A stretch of DNA of 64,000 nucleotides from the NCBI GenBank assembly GCA_038231435.1, contig JBBRLJ010000012.1, positions 1 through 64,000 of the forward strand. The letters run 5' to 3'. Below, piece after piece: positions 61,414-64,000 of this stretch. Under the pieces are notes generated by a model. It saw nothing but the letters and a program-made list of their open reading frames with translations, was not told the DNA's origin and made no database searches. The position numbers were made by a program, and so were the translations under genes. Position 1 is the first letter of the stretch, and the number at the start of each line of letters is the position of its first letter. The stretch comes from Planctomycetota bacterium (lineage in GTDB: Bacteria; Planctomycetota; UBA11346).

Positions 61414-62388
61414 ATGACGACCGAGGACGCACAGGATGCGGAGTGCGGGTTGCGGCACGGTCGAGCATGCCGTGGCATCGGCATGGCCTGGTGCGCTGTG
61501 CTGGGAATGCTAGCGATGCTGGCGTGCGCGGGATGCCGGGACGCGCCAGGTCCCCGGCGTTTGACGCTGGTGGTCCCCGACGGTTACCGCGGCATCGTGC
61601 GCGTGGTCACGGATAACGCTGGTAGCGACGCTCCGATAGTCGACGGCGAGTTCGTGGTCGCGGTACCGCGCAATGGCATGCTGCGATTGAAGCCCCTTCC
61701 ACTTAGCGCAACCCAGGGCAAGGATTGGCAGGGAGTCAGGTGCCGCACCGTCAGCGGGGTCGACATCCCATCCGGCGCGGGGCTCGAGGTCGATGGCGGC
61801 GTCCTTCAGAGCGAGGTGGCGTTCTGGCCGCTCGGCCGATTGGTGATCGCATCCGCGACGGACGATGCCCATGACCTGCTGATCGGAACAGTCGTCGATC
61901 GAGATGAGGCCAAGACCGCGCCTGGGCATTTCGCGCCAGGCGATGTCAACGCGATGAAACGCTATCATGCGTTGAGCGGCATGGGCCGCTCCGCGTACGC
62001 GCTCGGTGATCTGACGACGGCCGCATCGAGCGCGCGCGAACTGCTCGCATTGGCTGATGAATTCCCCAACGACTGGAACTTCGGTGATGCCGTGCACGAC
62101 GGCAACATGTTGCTGGGCCTGGTGGCGCTGCGCTCAGGAGACATCACGGGTGCGCGCGAGCGCTTGGCCGCCGCCGGCGCGACCCCAGGATCGCCGCACT
62201 TGGATTCGGCCGGCCCCGACATGACCCTCGCGAAGGAGATGATCGCGTCGGGCGAACGTGAGGCGGTGCTTGCCTATTTCGCCGCTTGCGAGCGCTTCTG
62301 GAAATACGGTTCCGCGCATCTCTTCGCGTGGCGTCAGACGGTCGAAGCCGGAGGCATGCCCGACTTCGGTAGGAACCTCGATCACTGA
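61414..62388 (+). CDS. Hypothetical lipoprotein with C-terminal TPR-like domain
   Basis: Lipobox LACAGC, VPDGYRGIV N-domain, WNFGDAVHDGN..LG.VAL helical domain; start may be 61483. Confidence 0.7.
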   Translation: MTTEDAQDAECGLRHGRACRGIGMAWCAVLGMLAMLACAGCRDAPGPRRLTLVVPDGYRGIVRVVTDNAGSDAPIVDGEFVVAVPRNGMLRLKPLPLSATQGKDWQGVRCRTVSGVDIPSGAGLEVDGGVLQSEVAFWPLGRLVIASATDDAHDLLIGTVVDRDEAKTAPGHFAPGDVNAMKRYHALSGMGRSAYALGDLTTAASSARELLALADEFPNDWNFGDAVHDGNMLLGLVALRSGDITGARERLAAAGATPGSPHLDSAGPDMTLAKEMIASGEREAVLAYFAACERFWKYGSAHLFAWRQTVEAGGMPDFGRNLDH

Positions 62389-62445
62389 TCGGCGCATGTC
62401 GGATAGACGGGTGTCCGACGCGCCAAGAGGCCCTACGCTGCACCC

Positions 62446-63468
62446 ATGTCCGAGCCCGATCCGGGAGTTCCACGTGCGGGAAAGCCCGAGGCGTCACCGG
62501 TCGCCCCGGGCGCGGCCCCTTATGAGCAGCTCGCCAACCGCATCGCGCGCGTGCACCGCCACCTGCGCAAATGGGCCCGCCGCACCGACGTCACCTGCTA
62601 CCGGCTGTACGAGAAGGATATCGCCGACCAGCCGCTGATCGTGGACTGGTACGATGGCGACGCGGTGGTGTGGGCGTTCGCGCGCACCCGCAACGAGACC
62701 GCCGAGCAGGAAGCGGCCTGGCTATCCGCCGTCGAGCAGAGCGTGCGTTCAGCGCTGGACCTGGGCGCCGAGCACGTGTTCGTCAAACGACGCGCGCCCC
62801 AGAAGGACCGGCAGTCGGGCGGGCAGTACGAACGCCTCGGCCAGAAGCGTACGGTCAAGAACGTGCGCGAGCAGGGCCTGCTCTTCGAGGTCAACCTCTC
62901 CGACTATCTCGACACCGGCCTGTTCCTCGACCACCGTCCCACGCGCGCGTTGGTGCGCGAACGCGCGGCTGGCAAGGCGGTGCTGAATCTCTTCGCCTAC
63001 ACCGGTTCGTTCACCTGCTACGCGCGCGCGGGTGGCGCCACCGCGACCGTTACTGTCGATCTCAGCAACACCTACCTCGACTGGGCGGCGCGCAACCTGG
63101 AGCTCAATGGCTTCACGACCGGCCCGGAACATCGCCTGGAGCGCGCCGACTGCCTGGCGTGGCTCGATCAGGCGCCGCGCGCGACCCAGCGCTTCGACCT
63201 CATCGTCTGCGATCCGCCGACCTTCTCGAACTCCACCTCGATGCCGAAGCCATTCGCGATCGAGAAGGACCATCCCTGGCTGCTGGCGCGCTGCCGCGAG
63301 CTGCTGAATCCCGGCGGCGAGCTCTACTTCAGCACCAACTTCCGCGGCTTCGACCTGCGTGGCGGGGGCGAGGGCTTCACCATCGAGGATCTCACCGAGC
63401 GCTCGATCCCCGAGGACTTCCGCAATCGCCGCATCCATCGCTGCTTCCGCATGGTGAGATCGGGCTGA
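62446..63468 (+). CDS. Class I SAM-dependent rRNA methyltransferase, RlmK/RlmI-like (C-terminal half of RlmKL)
   Basis: CYRLY..DI, VNLSDYLDTGLFLDHR, LNLFAYTG, VDLSNTYL.W, DPPTFSNS, SIPEDF. Confidence 0.9.
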   Translation: MSEPDPGVPRAGKPEASPVAPGAAPYEQLANRIARVHRHLRKWARRTDVTCYRLYEKDIADQPLIVDWYDGDAVVWAFARTRNETAEQEAAWLSAVEQSVRSALDLGAEHVFVKRRAPQKDRQSGGQYERLGQKRTVKNVREQGLLFEVNLSDYLDTGLFLDHRPTRALVRERAAGKAVLNLFAYTGSFTCYARAGGATATVTVDLSNTYLDWAARNLELNGFTTGPEHRLERADCLAWLDQAPRATQRFDLIVCDPPTFSNSTSMPKPFAIEKDHPWLLARCRELLNPGGELYFSTNFRGFDLRGGGEGFTIEDLTERSIPEDFRNRRIHRCFRMVRSG

Positions 63469-63530
63469 GCGGCGTGCGACGTGACGCCGAGGAAAGCACG
63501 TACGCATCGTGGCTGTCCGCTCTCTTCCCC

Positions 63531-63649
63531 CGACCGCCGAGTCCTGGTGCGTGAACCATGGGCGCAGCCCATCACGCAAACATTTTAGCCAGCAGTGACA
63601 AAACGAAGGACGACCAGGGCCGTGGGGGTCCGGGGGCATAGCCCCTGAA
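63531..63649. repeat. Dispersed intergenic hairpin repeat, copy 2
   Basis: Matches 25541-25664, including ATGGGCGCAGCCCATCACGCAAACAT. Confidence 0.85.
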
Positions 63650-63725
63650 TCAGGCAGCCGCACACCGCACCTTCCCATAAGCACCTCCCATATTGCGCGC
63701 AGGTCGGCAGCGCGAAGCTCGCGCC

Positions 63726-64000
63726 ATGGTCTTGCCAGCGCCGCTCGTGCCGCTGAACGAATCCGCGCTCATCGACGAGGCCGCGGTGGCCCTGGGCCAG
63801 GATCTCGGCGTGCTGATGGAGCGCGCCGGCGAGGCGCTGATGCGCGAGGCGTCGCGGATGGCGCCGACCGGCCGCATCCTGGTGGTATGTGGACCGGGCA
63901 ACAACGGCGGCGACGGCTACGTGTGCGCTCGCCTGCTCGCCGAGGCCGGGCGCGAGATCAGCGTGTGGGCGGTGATCGCGCCGCGCAGCCCGCTGTGCGA
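63726..64000 (+). CDS. nnrE: NAD(P)H-hydrate epimerase (YjeF N-domain), truncated by the window end
   Basis: Manual translation MVLPAP...LMERAG...[19 protein letters not shown]; not in the ORF track. Confidence 0.9.
   Translation, partial: MVLPAPLVPLNESALIDEAAVALGQDLGVLMERAGEALMREASRMAPTGRILVVCGPGNNGGDGYVCARLLAEAGREISVWAVIAPRSPLC

Overview
High-GC bacterial chromosomal segment with about 45 genuine CDSs. Large eukaryote-like Ser/Thr kinases, FHA domains, giant prepilin-type proteins and outer-membrane/LPS genes suggest a diderm, probably of the Planctomycetota/PVC group; this is an inference from gene content only. Housekeeping genes include fba, bioA, moeB, trpE, clpB, pyrC, nth, mtnD, recG, an RlmK-like methyltransferase and a partial nnrE. 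Also present: a cobalamin riboswitch leading a btuB-F-C-D-like operon, two divergent AraC/enzyme pairs, three Ser/Thr kinase-domain proteins (two look catalytically dead), a secreted M36 protease and a beta-helix protein. Most notable: (1) a five-gene cassette of oversized minor-pilin/pseudopilin-like proteins (43.7-52.5 kb); (2) a structured intergenic palindromic element whose two inverted copies differ by compensatory base changes, plus a related dispersed repeat; (3) recurrent intergenic GAAGnnn heptamer arrays in inverted pairs; (4) a Cys-Gly/TM/Arg C-terminal sorting-like signal on the M36 protease, with a CPBP protease elsewhere in the window; (5) a ClpB resembling eukaryotic cytosolic Hsp101; (6) several apparently leaderless genes. 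No rRNA, tRNA, CRISPR array, transposase or phage genes were seen. All calls come from motif recognition by eye, and start codons are best estimates.
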